Shown: positions 1 to 8,816, numbered from the stretch's first letter. The stretch is DNA of 64,000 bases from Candidatus Micrarchaeota archaeon CG10_big_fil_rev_8_21_14_0_10_45_29 (GCA_002778455.1 PFCD01000012.1:1444-65443); one strand, 5' to 3'. Numbers and translations: made by a program. The notes: generated by a model from the sequence alone, not told the origin.

Positions 1-2793
1 AGGATTGGCGAGGATGAATATTCCGGATTTGCAACCCAAAAACTTGTTGACCAGCAGGCAAGCTCTGACTTTACCTACAGCGAGCAGCAGGGCTATTGGG
101 TGGGCTCATCAGCAGACCCCTCAACAGGCGTCTATTATGATAGTGGGGACGCTTACAGGCAAATAGTCGCAAAGCCAAACATAATCGCCTACAACATGAA
201 ATTCTTTGGCAACGATTGGGGAATTCCCATTTGCACAGCCGGATTGTCAAAAACAGGCGACTGGGCTTCATGCACCGCAAGCTATGACAGGACAGATGAC
301 CACCGCCTGAAAATATGGTTCCTTGGGGAAGAGTGGCTTATCACCAATATGAGCGAGCCCGCAATAAGGGATTTGTACAATTCTGTAGGGGCAAAACCGG
401 GCGGCTTAGTAAAGCTTGCAAAAGAAGCGAAGTATGACATCCTTAACATCAACGGTGTAATTGACGGGGGCGACTTCAAAGCCCGCCTTGTTAAAGTTTT
501 GCCTGGCGGGAACGCCTTCTTTGACATACTTGATGCAAACGGCAAGGTTCTGGCGCAAATAACGGTAAGTCCCGGGCAAACTTACACATTTATAGATTCC
601 TCAACCGGCAAATCAATAAAAATCCACCTTTACAGGGCATCTCCCGGATTTCAGGAAAACTGGACAGAAATCCGCGCGTATGGCCCCTGTCCGCCGGGGC
701 AGGAATATAACAATGAGACATGCAAATGCGAGTTTTACCCGACAAATTTCTCATGCAACGGCGAATGGAACAACTCAAGAAGCTTTAATTCCTCTTTTGA
801 CTTTTGCACAAACGACTGCGACACCGGCTATGAATGCAACGCCGCAACCTGCCTCTGCGAGCCAATCTTAGAGCCCCTCACATTCTCATGCAATCAAAAT
901 TTCACCCAAAACAGGAGCTATATAAAAGATTTTGACTTTTGCACAAACGACTGCCCAGAAAACAAAGATTGCAGCGCCAACTCCTGCAAATGCGAATGCA
1001 ACCAAACCCAAAGAAATGCCTGCCAGTACCCAAACATCTGGAACGAGAAAAACTGCTCATGCCAGATAGTTGAATACTGCGGCGCGGGGGATGACGCGGG
1101 CATCTGCGCTCTCCCATGCCAGAACAAGAACAAGCAATGCGTGCTTGAATCGCCAGATGCCTGCTCATGTATTTGCGAGGGGGAGCAGAGCTGCAAAGAC
1201 CCCAAAACATTTAACAACCAGACATGCTCCTGCCTCTGCCCGGCGCAGGACACAGTAAGAATTTCCCTAAACGACATAATAGACGGGGGAAATTATGATT
1301 TAAGAATTATGAAAATGGGAGAAAATAACGGCGCAAAATATGCAAACATAGAGATAAGGGGCAAGGACGGCAGCCACAAATGGTGGTACCCCCTAGGCGA
1401 GGGGGAGAGCCGCGCCTACTACAACAGCGAAGGGCAGAATGGCATCTCATTTAGCATAATAGAAATAAATGCAGATGAGAGCTGGGTTGAAATTATAATA
1501 CACTCCGACTGCCCCAAGCCCAAGAAATATTCCACCGACTCATGCGCATGCTATTGCCCGTCGGAATTAAAGGCAAATTGCACAAAGCCCCACATATGGA
1601 ATGAGAGCAACTGCACATGCGAATATGTTGATGCCCTCAACTTCTCATGCAACCAAAACTGGGCGCAAAACAGAAGCTATGCAAGCAATTTCGACTATTG
1701 CACTGATGATTGCCCGCAGGATTTTCTCTGCAATGAAAACTCATGCATTTGCGAGGAAAAGCCAAAAGATAGCTGCACCGGGGGAATTGAAAACAACGCG
1801 CCTTTCTGCACAGGAATATGTGTAAATGAAAATGAAGTGTGCGCCTTCAACCCGAAAATAAACCTGAGCAACTTAAGCGGGGCAAACCTAAGCGAGCTGT
1901 GCACATGCCAGAGAAGCTGCTACAAAAACCCAATAGACCAGGACAGGGCAGGGGATGAGGAAAAAGGCGCCATAAGACCGCCTGAGGAGCCAAGAGAGTG
2001 CGACCCGCTAATAAGGGAATTTGAGCTCTTTGGCCTGCAAATTCCCGACATTTATATTCTGGATGCCGGCTGCGGAGAGCTTGGGTGCAACTTTGAGACT
2101 GGCTTGTGCATTGTTGATGAATCCATAATCGCAGAGCCGCCCGGCTCTGCAAAAATTTGCATAGGCGCCTGCCCGCCCGGGCTTGAATGCTCTGTGCAAA
2201 ACTCGCAATGCGACTGCGTAGAGCCGCCCCAGCCCTGTGGTTTTGTGGGCAAGCCGTATTCTGAAGAATTGGGGGAGCCGTATTATAGCGCAAACGCATG
2301 CACTGGCTACTGCGAAGATAGCTCAAAGCAATGCTACATCGCCGGAATGAACGGTATTGCGGACAGCAAAAGGCATGCAACATTTCTTGATGCATATTGC
2401 ACTTGCGAGTGCGGCATTCCCACAACCTTGGTGCTTGGGGCGTCAAGCTCAAAAACAACCTGGAACGGCTTTGTGTCCATACGGCTTTTGAGCGTTGAGG
2501 GCTCAGGCGCAACCGTGAGGATGGCGGATGCAAAATCCCCTTACGGATACAAAGAGGAGCAGGTGGGGCAGGGAGGCACCGCCACATTCAAGCTTGAGCG
2601 AACGGGCGAGAACGTTTATTTCAAAATATCAAAAATTTCCTCATACGAGGGGCAGGATTATGTTGTAGTTATCATGAATTCCTGCCCTGCGGGGGAAACG
2701 TTTGATGCGCAAACATGTTCATGCATTAAAGGCGGAATTGCAACCGACAACCCAACCCCCGAGAGCAACGCATTTGTGCCATGGTATGAGTAA
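1..2793 (+). CDS. Cysteine-rich modular secreted/surface protein, 5'-truncated by the window edge
   Basis: Frame 1 is open from nt 1, so the GTG at 100 is probably internal. Stop TAA at 2791-2793. Three related beta-rich modules each end in CP-x(5-8)-C-x-C. They are separated by arrays of ~40-aa 6-Cys repeats (NFSCNxxWxxNRSxxxxFDxCTxDC..C.CE, three copies) and by C..P.IWNE.NC.C repeats. Many N-x-S/T sequons. Confidence 0.75.
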   Translation, partial: RIGEDEYSGFATQKLVDQQASSDFTYSEQQGYWVGSSADPSTGVYYDSGDAYRQIVAKPNIIAYNMKFFGNDWGIPICTAGLSKTGDWASCTASYDRTDDHRLKIWFLGEEWLITNMSEPAIRDLYNSVGAKPGGLVKLAKEAKYDILNINGVIDGGDFKARLVKVLPGGNAFFDILDANGKVLAQITVSPGQTYTFIDSSTGKSIKIHLYRASPGFQENWTEIRAYGPCPPGQEYNNETCKCEFYPTNFSCNGEWNNSRSFNSSFDFCTNDCDTGYECNAATCLCEPILEPLTFSCNQNFTQNRSYIKDFDFCTNDCPENKDCSANSCKCECNQTQRNACQYPNIWNEKNCSCQIVEYCGAGDDAGICALPCQNKNKQCVLESPDACSCICEGEQSCKDPKTFNNQTCSCLCPAQDTVRISLNDIIDGGNYDLRIMKMGENNGAKYANIEIRGKDGSHKWWYPLGEGESRAYYNSEGQNGISFSIIEINADESWVEIIIHSDCPKPKKYSTDSCACYCPSELKANCTKPHIWNESNCTCEYVDALNFSCNQNWAQNRSYASNFDYCTDDCPQDFLCNENSCICEEKPKDSCTGGIENNAPFCTGICVNENEVCAFNPKINLSNLSGANLSELCTCQRSCYKNPIDQDRAGDEEKGAIRPPEEPRECDPLIREFELFGLQIPDIYILDAGCGELGCNFETGLCIVDESIIAEPPGSAKICIGACPPGLECSVQNSQCDCVEPPQPCGFVGKPYSEELGEPYYSANACTGYCEDSSKQCYIAGMNGIADSKRHATFLDAYCTCECGIPTTLVLGASSSKTTWNGFVSIRLLSVEGSGATVRMADAKSPYGYKEEQVGQGGTATFKLERTGENVYFKISKISSYEGQDYVVVIMNSCPAGETFDAQTCSCIKGGIATDNPTPESNAFVPWYE

Positions 2794-3283
2794 CATTTTT
2801 ATACTCTATTTACCATATATTCTCATGGTAAGGAAAGTTGAGGCAATCTCCTCATACATGGAGGGGCATTCAAGCAATTTTCACTATCCCTTTCCCCTTA
2901 ATATGAAAAATGCGCCCTCGAAGTTTGATGATTTGCTGCAAAAGCAAATGCAAAATTTCAAAAAAAGAAATAAGGAAAAAAAGGATTCCCTTGATTTGAG
3001 CCATAACTGCAAAAAAATGCAAAAATTAGAAAAATTAGTTTGCGAATTCTGCGAAGGAGAAAGCTCTTTTTCACTAAAGGAGAAGAAGGAAATTTTGCAG
3101 AAAATAAAAGATTTGATTTCGCAGCTTCCCTCCTCAGGCAGCGAGGCAATAAAAGAGATGCTAAACTCACACAGCAATTTGGAGCTTTATTCAATATTTC
3201 TAAATTCCGCGCCGCCTGAAGCCAAGCCCCTCACTTATCCGCAGGAGATAGCAAAATTCGCATCAAGCTTTAGGCGCAACTGA
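2786..3283 (+). CDS. Hypothetical Lys-rich protein (start uncertain; alternative ATG at 2825)
   Basis: ORF 2702..3283. The ATG at 2786 overlaps the upstream stop (ATGAGTAA). Lys/Glu-rich, coiled-coil-like sequence with no recognisable motifs. Confidence 0.35.
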   Translation: MSNIFILYLPYILMVRKVEAISSYMEGHSSNFHYPFPLNMKNAPSKFDDLLQKQMQNFKKRNKEKKDSLDLSHNCKKMQKLEKLVCEFCEGESSFSLKEKKEILQKIKDLISQLPSSGSEAIKEMLNSHSNLELYSIFLNSAPPEAKPLTYPQEIAKFASSFRRN

Positions 3284-3330
3284 ACATCTTTTTCTCCCCT
3301 CCGCCACTTTACGGGGCAAATAGCAAGATA

Positions 3331-3343
3331 GGGTTATAAACCC
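3331..3343 (+). promoter_or_regulatory. Candidate TATA box (GGGTTATAAACCC) for the rpl3 operon
   Basis: An A/T-rich TTATAAA core flanked by GGG/CCC in the 328-bp non-coding gap upstream of rpl3. Position relative to the real transcription start is unknown. Confidence 0.3.
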
Positions 3344-3398
3344 TTGTATACATATTCTTCTTCACGTCTACTTTACAAATTCTTGTGAGGTTTGACAC

Positions 3399-3416
3399 TC
3401 CTAACAATTGTTAGGA
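3399..3416. promoter_or_regulatory. Perfect 18-bp palindrome TCCTAACAATTGTTAGGA
   Basis: Read directly from the sequence. It is self-complementary over all 18 nt and lies in the rpl3 upstream region. It could be a dimeric regulator site or an RNA hairpin. Confidence 0.6.
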
Positions 3417-3432
3417 ATCATCCCGGCAGATT

Positions 3433-3460
3433 GGCTAACATGCTAAATGAGCATGTTGCC
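3433..3460 (+). promoter_or_regulatory. Leader stem-loop (AACATGCT-AAATG-AGCATGTT, extended by GGC/GCC)
   Basis: An 8-bp perfect stem plus 3 further pairs across a 1-nt bulge, with a 5-nt loop. Followed by an A-rich tract. Confidence 0.5.
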
Positions 3461-3554
3461 AAATAAAAAGGGAAAATTTTTCCGCCCTGAAAAAGGGGTG
3501 CGCCAATGCCAAGGCAAGCGCATTCGGAAAAAAAGTTTCAAAAGTGATAAGAAT

Positions 3555-3580
3555 GGCAAAAAAGAAAATTGCTTTTTGCC
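3555..3580 (+). promoter_or_regulatory. Leader stem-loop GGCAAAAA(AG)...GCTTTTTGCC about 20 nt upstream of the rpl3 Shine-Dalgarno
   Basis: 8-9 bp of complementary arms. The SD AGGAGG at 3598-3603 and the ATG at 3612 follow. Confidence 0.5.
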
Positions 3581-3611
3581 AGAATTATCCGACTAACAGG
3601 AGGATAATCTG

Positions 3612-4553
3612 ATGGCAAAGCACAACAGACCCAGAAAAGGCTCGCTGGCATTTAATCCAAGAAAGCGGGCTAACAAGCAGACCCCCACTATTAACTTTTG
3701 GGCGGAAAGGGAAGAGCCCTCTCTATTGGGATTTGCAGGATACAAGGCAGGAATGACTACAATATCATATATTGATGATTCTAATTCTCCAAACAAAAAC
3801 ACTGAAGTCTTTATTGGCGCAACAATAGTGGAGGCGCCCTCATTAGTAATATATGGCATCCGCGCATTCAAAGACGGGCAAATAAAAACAGATAAAATAT
3901 GCACAGATGAGAAAATTCTCAAAGAGATGGGAATGAAATTAAAGAAAAAAAATGAAATAAAGGCAGAGGATGCCGACGATATTTTTGTTCTTGCATACAC
4001 CCGCCCCTCAAAATGCGGGTTTGGAAAAAAGCATATAGAAAAAATGATGATTGGGGTAGGGGGAAAAGACACAAAAGCAAAGCTTGATTATGCAAATTCT
4101 ATTTTAGGAAAAGAAGTAAAAGCATCCGAGGCAATAAAGCCCGGAGAATATGTTGACACCTTCGCAGTATCCATAGGGAGGGGCTGGCAGGGGCAGGTAA
4201 AGCGCTTTGGCACCTCTATACAGCGAAGAAAAGCAACAGGCAAAAGGCGACATATCGGAAACATGGGCGCGTTCGGGGCGCACGGGGTGCACCACACAGT
4301 CCCGATGGCGGGGCAAATGGGATACCACAACAGGCATGAGCTTAACAAAAGAGTGATGAAAATCGCAACACCTGAGGAAGTAAACCCGTCGGGGGGCTTT
4401 CCGCACTACGGAGTTGTGAAAAACGAGTGCCTTCTTATCCTTGGCTCAATAACAGGGCCGAAAAAAAGGCTTATTCGCATGAGAAAGGCGGTGCGAAAAG
4501 CCGAGATAAAGGCGCCTGACGTGAAGGAAATATTAAACACTCCTCAAAATTAG
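3612..4553 (+). CDS. rpl3: 50S ribosomal protein uL3
   Basis: MAKHNRPRKGSLAFNPRKRA N-terminus, with GFAGYKAGMT and GRGWQGQVKRFG motifs. First gene of the canonical archaeal L3-L4-L23-L2 order. Confidence 0.95.
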   Translation: MAKHNRPRKGSLAFNPRKRANKQTPTINFWAEREEPSLLGFAGYKAGMTTISYIDDSNSPNKNTEVFIGATIVEAPSLVIYGIRAFKDGQIKTDKICTDEKILKEMGMKLKKKNEIKAEDADDIFVLAYTRPSKCGFGKKHIEKMMIGVGGKDTKAKLDYANSILGKEVKASEAIKPGEYVDTFAVSIGRGWQGQVKRFGTSIQRRKATGKRRHIGNMGAFGAHGVHHTVPMAGQMGYHNRHELNKRVMKIATPEEVNPSGGFPHYGVVKNECLLILGSITGPKKRLIRMRKAVRKAEIKAPDVKEILNTPQN

Positions 4554-4560
4554 TGATTAA

Positions 4561-5352
4561 ATGGCAAAAGCAACATTATATTCAACAAGCGGAAAAGCAA
4601 GCGGCGAGGTAGAGCTTCCGGCAGCATTTGATGAGCCGATACGCCCCGGCCTTATAGCAAGGGCGGCAATAGCAGACCAGACTCAATTTTACCAGCCAAA
4701 GGGAAGCGACGTATGGGCAGGAATGAAAACCTCTGCAAGATATCAGGGAAGAAAAGACACTTACGGCGCATCAAAAAACCACGGAATGTCGATGCTTCCG
4801 AGGGAAATTCTTCCGGGCGGAAAATTCGGGCGAGCAAGGCGAATTCCCTCATCCGTGAAAGGAAGGCGCGCGCACCCTCCGAAAGTGGAAGAGAAATTAA
4901 TCGAGAAAATAAACAAAAAAGAATATGAAAAGGCGCTTCACTCCGCATTGGCGGCATCCGCCTCAATAAAATACGTGCTCTCACGCGGGCACAAAATAAG
5001 CGAAAAATTCTCACTCCCTATTATAATAGACGGCTCAGCCGCGCTTGCCAAAACAAAGGACGCGCAAAAAATGCTTGAGGCAATAGGGATAGGGGACGAC
5101 CTTGCAAGAGGCAAAAATTCAAAAAAGCGCTCGGGTGTCGGCTCAAGAAAGGGCGGCTTAAGGCGCCCAAAAACCATACTTATAGTGGTATCACAAAAAG
5201 AGGGCGCAATTAAGCGCGCGGCAAAAAACATCGCAGGAGTAGACGTTGTAAGCGCGGATAAATTAAGGGTGCTTGACCTTGCGCCCGGAGCAAAAGCCGG
5301 CAGGCTCGCGGCATATACAAAAGCCGCGCTTGAGGAAATCGCGAAAAGATGA
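4561..5352 (+). CDS. rpl4: 50S ribosomal protein uL4
   Basis: L4-like sequence (YQPKGSD..GRKDTYGASKNHGMSM..RRAHPPK) in the position after rpl3. Confidence 0.92.
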   Translation: MAKATLYSTSGKASGEVELPAAFDEPIRPGLIARAAIADQTQFYQPKGSDVWAGMKTSARYQGRKDTYGASKNHGMSMLPREILPGGKFGRARRIPSSVKGRRAHPPKVEEKLIEKINKKEYEKALHSALAASASIKYVLSRGHKISEKFSLPIIIDGSAALAKTKDAQKMLEAIGIGDDLARGKNSKKRSGVGSRKGGLRRPKTILIVVSQKEGAIKRAAKNIAGVDVVSADKLRVLDLAPGAKAGRLAAYTKAALEEIAKR

Positions 5353-5357
5353 TATTT

Positions 5358-5789
5358 ATGGCAAAAAAAACCAAAAGCCAAGAAGCATTCCAAGCAGGGC
5401 AGCAGGCAGAGGCAAAGATAGCAAAAGCAAATGCAAAACTCTCTGGCAAAGGGGCAAAAAAATATTTGCCAAAGGCAAAAGTTTATTCGGGAAAATACGG
5501 GGCGCAGGAAGATGGCAAGGAGGGCGCATACACCGCCAAAGGCACAATCCTTCTTTACCCAATAACAACAGAGAAGGCAATTGCCATGATTGAATTTTCA
5601 AACCAGCTCACATTTGTTGTAAGCGCAAATTCCACAAAGCCGCAGATAAAAAGGGAAGTTGAAGCCCTCTTCAAAGTAAAGGTGGGGAGAATCAACACAA
5701 AAATAACTCCCAAGGGAAAAAAGCACGCTTACATAAAGCTAAAGGAAGGAAAGGCGGATGACATCGCATCACAGCTAAAGATTGTATAA
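5358..5789 (+). CDS. rpl23: 50S ribosomal protein uL23 with ~60-aa Lys/Ala-rich N-terminal extension
   Basis: C-terminal core ILLYPITTEKAIAMIEFSNQLTFVVSANSTKPQIKREVEALFKVKV. An alternative start at 5349 overlaps the rpl4 stop. Confidence 0.88.
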   Translation: MAKKTKSQEAFQAGQQAEAKIAKANAKLSGKGAKKYLPKAKVYSGKYGAQEDGKEGAYTAKGTILLYPITTEKAIAMIEFSNQLTFVVSANSTKPQIKREVEALFKVKVGRINTKITPKGKKHAYIKLKEGKADDIASQLKIV

Positions 5790-5798
5790 GTGATATAA

Positions 5799-6533
5799 AT
5801 GGGAAAATTACTAAAGCAGCAAAGAAGAGGAAAGGGCTCCCCCGCATACATTGCCCAATCCCACAGGTATAAGGCAAAAATAGCATTTCGCAAAATCGAC
5901 TCTATAGAGAAAGAGGGCTCTCTTCGCGGGGCGGTAATGAAATTTGTGGACGACCCTGCGCACCAAGTGATACTTATGCATGTGCGTTTTGCAAACAACG
6001 ATGAGATTATGGTGCCTGCGCCTGAAGGAATCGCGGTAGGGGATGAAGTATACTCAGGGGCTCTTGCGCCGATAAAGCCCGGCTGCATCGTGCCTCTCTC
6101 AAAATTGCCTGAAGGAATGTTTATTTACAATGTTGAGAGAAACGTCGGGGACGGCGGCAAATTTGTGCGCGCGCCCGGAGCATACGCAACCCTTGTCTCA
6201 AAAGAGAAAGGGAAAGCATATGTAAAGCTTCCATCAAGAAAAGTAATAGAGCTTCAAGCCACCTGCAGGGCGCAAATAGGATTGCTTTGCGGAGGGGGAA
6301 AGCTTGAGATGCCTCTTCTAAAAGCAGGAGTAAACCACTACAAAAAGCATGCGCAAAACCGCAAGTGGCCTGTAAACAGGGGAGTAAAAATGAATGCTTA
6401 CACACACCCGTACGGAGGCAAGCAGCACCACAAGGGCCGCTCAAGCACCACCAGCAGAGGGGCGCCTCCGGGAAGAAAAGTCGGGCACATCGCCGCGAAA
6501 TCCACGGGGCGCAAGAAGAGCAAAAACGCATAA
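5799..6533 (+). CDS. rpl2: 50S ribosomal protein uL2
   Basis: GKGSPAYIAQSHRYK, GGGKLEMPLLKAG and HPYGGKQHHKG motifs, in the conserved operon position. Confidence 0.95.
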   Translation: MGKLLKQQRRGKGSPAYIAQSHRYKAKIAFRKIDSIEKEGSLRGAVMKFVDDPAHQVILMHVRFANNDEIMVPAPEGIAVGDEVYSGALAPIKPGCIVPLSKLPEGMFIYNVERNVGDGGKFVRAPGAYATLVSKEKGKAYVKLPSRKVIELQATCRAQIGLLCGGGKLEMPLLKAGVNHYKKHAQNRKWPVNRGVKMNAYTHPYGGKQHHKGRSSTTSRGAPPGRKVGHIAAKSTGRKKSKNA

Positions 6534-6542
6534 GGTGAATAA

Positions 6543-6947
6543 ATGGCACGCATAGAAACTTATAGGGGATTAACGCGCGAGAAGCTGGAGGCGCTCTCTC
6601 TAGAGGAATCGCTTCCTCTCATAACCAGCCGGGGCAGGCGTGCGGTAAAGCGCGCGCTTGAGGGAAAAAACACCAAATTGCGGCAGTTTATCAAAAAAGT
6701 TGATGAGATGCGAAAGAAAACCTCAAAAAAGCCGATTCGCACCCATATAAGAGACGCGGTTATACTTCCTTTCTGGATAGGATTGGAATTTGCGGTGCAC
6801 AATGGCAAAGAATTCAAGCCGCTTACAATAACAATAGATAAAATAGGATACCGCTTAGGAGAATTTGCGCACAGCACCGGAAGGGTTTTGCACTCTGGCC
6901 CGGGAATCGGCGCAACACGCGGCTCCAAATTTATCCCGCTAAAGTAG
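6543..6947 (+). CDS. rps19: 30S ribosomal protein uS19
   Basis: VHNGKEFKPLTI..IGYRLGEFAHST motif, in the conserved operon position. Confidence 0.93.
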   Translation: MARIETYRGLTREKLEALSLEESLPLITSRGRRAVKRALEGKNTKLRQFIKKVDEMRKKTSKKPIRTHIRDAVILPFWIGLEFAVHNGKEFKPLTITIDKIGYRLGEFAHSTGRVLHSGPGIGATRGSKFIPLK

Positions 6948-6957
6948 GTAGTCTAAT

Positions 6958-7806
6958 ATGGCAAATTACGCATACAACGAAAAAGAGAAGGGCATTGCGC
7001 TTGCGCGCGTCAACTCGGTTGACGCCAGCTACCGCGATTTGTGCAACGTATGCTCAAACATAAGGGGAAGGCGCGCGGACGCGGCGCTTATGTTTTTGAC
7101 AACCGCGCTTGAGGAAAAACGCCCGATTCGCTATCCCCGCCACAACAAGAGGCGAGGGCATGTGCGCTCTTTGGGGGGCAAAAAGGGAGGATGCCCTGTA
7201 AAATCCATAAAAATAGTGCTCAACGTTTTGCAAAACGCAGTTGCAAATGCAAACGCAAAAGGGCTTGGCGACTGCAAAATAATTCACATAGCGGCAAACA
7301 AGCAGGATGTTTTTGCAAGAATGTCTGCAAAGGGAAGGCGCATGCGCCAGGACTTTGAGAACGCGTTTGTTGAAATAGTGCTTCGCGAGCTAAAGAGCGA
7401 GGAGAACCTCCAGAAGCAAAAAGAGATAAAAAAGAAGAGAGAAGAGGCGAAGAAAGCTTTGGAGGCAAAGGCAAAAGAGCTGGAAGCAAAAAAGGCGGCT
7501 GATGCAAAAGCCGCACAAGAGAGAAAGGATGCAAAGCCGGCAGGAGGCGATGCAAAAAAAGAAACTAATGCGGATGCAAAAAAAGAAGATGAAAAGAAAG
7601 CAGCCGATGCCGCAAAAAAAGAAGATGAAAAGAAAGCAGCCGATGCCGCAAAAAAAGAAGATGAAAAGAAAGCAGCCGATGCCGCAAAAAAAGAAGAGAA
7701 AAAAGAAGCAAATGCCTCGCAGGCGCCAAGGCAGAAAATGTCTGATGTGCTCAAGCAGGCAAAAGAGAGGCCTCCTGTCAAAAAGAGCGGGAAAAATTTA
7801 AATTAA
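6958..7806 (+). CDS. rpl22: 50S ribosomal protein uL22 with ~125-aa Lys/Ala/Glu/Asp-rich C-terminal tail
   Basis: The N-terminal ~155 aa are L22-like (ARVNSVDASYRDLCNVCSNIRGR, RYPRHNKRRGH). The remainder is a low-complexity tail containing tandem KKEDEKKAADAA repeats. Confidence 0.9.
   Translation: MANYAYNEKEKGIALARVNSVDASYRDLCNVCSNIRGRRADAALMFLTTALEEKRPIRYPRHNKRRGHVRSLGGKKGGCPVKSIKIVLNVLQNAVANANAKGLGDCKIIHIAANKQDVFARMSAKGRRMRQDFENAFVEIVLRELKSEENLQKQKEIKKKREEAKKALEAKAKELEAKKAADAKAAQERKDAKPAGGDAKKETNADAKKEDEKKAADAAKKEDEKKAADAAKKEDEKKAADAAKKEEKKEANASQAPRQKMSDVLKQAKERPPVKKSGKNLN
7573..7692 (+). repeat. In-frame 36-nt tandem repeat (GATGCCGCAAAAAAAGAAGATGAAAAGAAAGCAGCC) in the rpl22 tail
   Basis: Two perfect 36-nt copies (7606-7641 and 7642-7677), a preceding 33-nt variant (7573-7605) and a partial following copy. 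Confidence 0.85.
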
Positions 7807-7817
7807 GGGTGTAATGC

Positions 7818-8531
7818 GTGGGAATTGAGAAAAAATTCATCGAAGAGGAAATAATCCGGCATCAGGTATCAAAATACCTTGAGACAGAGCTTGACCGCGC
7901 CGGCTTTACGCATGTGGATATTCAGCGCACGCCAATGGTTACGCGCATCAGCGTGGAGGTAACAAACCCGGGGCGCGTCATCGGCAAAAAAGGAAGGACA
8001 ATAAGAGAGCTCACAGACAATATTGCAAAGAATTTCAAAATAGAAAACCCGCAAATCTCGGTAACAGAGTCAAAGAACCCTGAATTGGAGCCGCGCCTTA
8101 TAGCAAAAAAGGTGTGCCGCTTTATAGAGATGGGCAAAAAGCCGCGCGCTATTTTGCACTCCTCATTGCGAGACATTATGAATGCAGGCGCGCTGGGGGG
8201 CGAAATAGTTGCGGCAGGAAAATTGGCTGCAAAAGGAGGGCGCTCAAAATCATTAAGAGTGGTTGCAGGCTATGTGCCAAAGGCAGGTGAGCCGGCGCGC
8301 CTTGTGCATGAGTCGCATGTCACGGCATACCCAAAAGCAGGCGCAATAGGGGTGCTTGTAAGAATAGTGATGCCAGGCACCGTGTTTCCCGACAAAGGAG
8401 TGCCGACCGTGGTGGAAGTGCCGAATTTAATTTCAAAATCCGAGGATGTTGCAACAGGCGGCAATTCTCCGGAAGCTCGGGAGAGAAAGCGAAGAGCCCC
8501 GCAGGGAAGAGGGCGTGAGAGGAAGAGATAG
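7818..8531 (+). CDS. rps3: 30S ribosomal protein uS3 (GTG start)
   Basis: KH-domain signature VEVTNPGRVIGKKGRTIRELTD, an Arg-rich C-terminus, and the conserved operon position. Confidence 0.93.
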   Translation: MGIEKKFIEEEIIRHQVSKYLETELDRAGFTHVDIQRTPMVTRISVEVTNPGRVIGKKGRTIRELTDNIAKNFKIENPQISVTESKNPELEPRLIAKKVCRFIEMGKKPRAILHSSLRDIMNAGALGGEIVAAGKLAAKGGRSKSLRVVAGYVPKAGEPARLVHESHVTAYPKAGAIGVLVRIVMPGTVFPDKGVPTVVEVPNLISKSEDVATGGNSPEARERKRRAPQGRGRERKR

Positions 8532-8540
8532 GTAATTTTT

Positions 8541-8813
8541 ATGGCAATCTTGCGAAAAAAAGAATTAAGGGAAATGGGCGCGCAGGCGCTTGAGGACAAG
8601 CTTTTTGAAATTAGAAAAGAGCTCAACTCCGAGCGCGGCATGGTGGCAACAGGAGGCCGCTCCCAGAACCCGGGGAGAATACGCGAGCTTCGCAGGACAG
8701 TAGTGAGAATACTCACATTCATGACACAGCAAAAAGAAGTTGCCACAGGCGGAAGCAAATCTTCTGCCGCTCACTTGCGCAAAATCGGCGAAAGGAGCAA
8801 AAACCAGAGGTGA
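8541..8813 (+). CDS. rpl29: 50S ribosomal protein uL29
   Basis: LREMGAQALEDKLFEIRKELNSER motif, with a short C-terminal extension. Confidence 0.9.
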   Translation: MAILRKKELREMGAQALEDKLFEIRKELNSERGMVATGGRSQNPGRIRELRRTVVRILTFMTQQKEVATGGSKSSAAHLRKIGERSKNQR

Positions 8814-8816
8814 AAA

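Noticed and set aside
1847-2587. 246-aa ORF on the minus strand inside the surface-protein gene.
   Set aside because: It is fully antisense to a long ORF with clear repeat and domain structure. Its Arg/Ser/Cys/Pro-rich composition is typical of a shadow frame.
7284-7781. 165-aa minus-strand ORF (FFSSSFFAASAA repeats).
   Set aside because: It is the antisense reading of the Lys/Ala/Glu tandem-repeat tail of rpl22, an artefact of low-complexity sequence.
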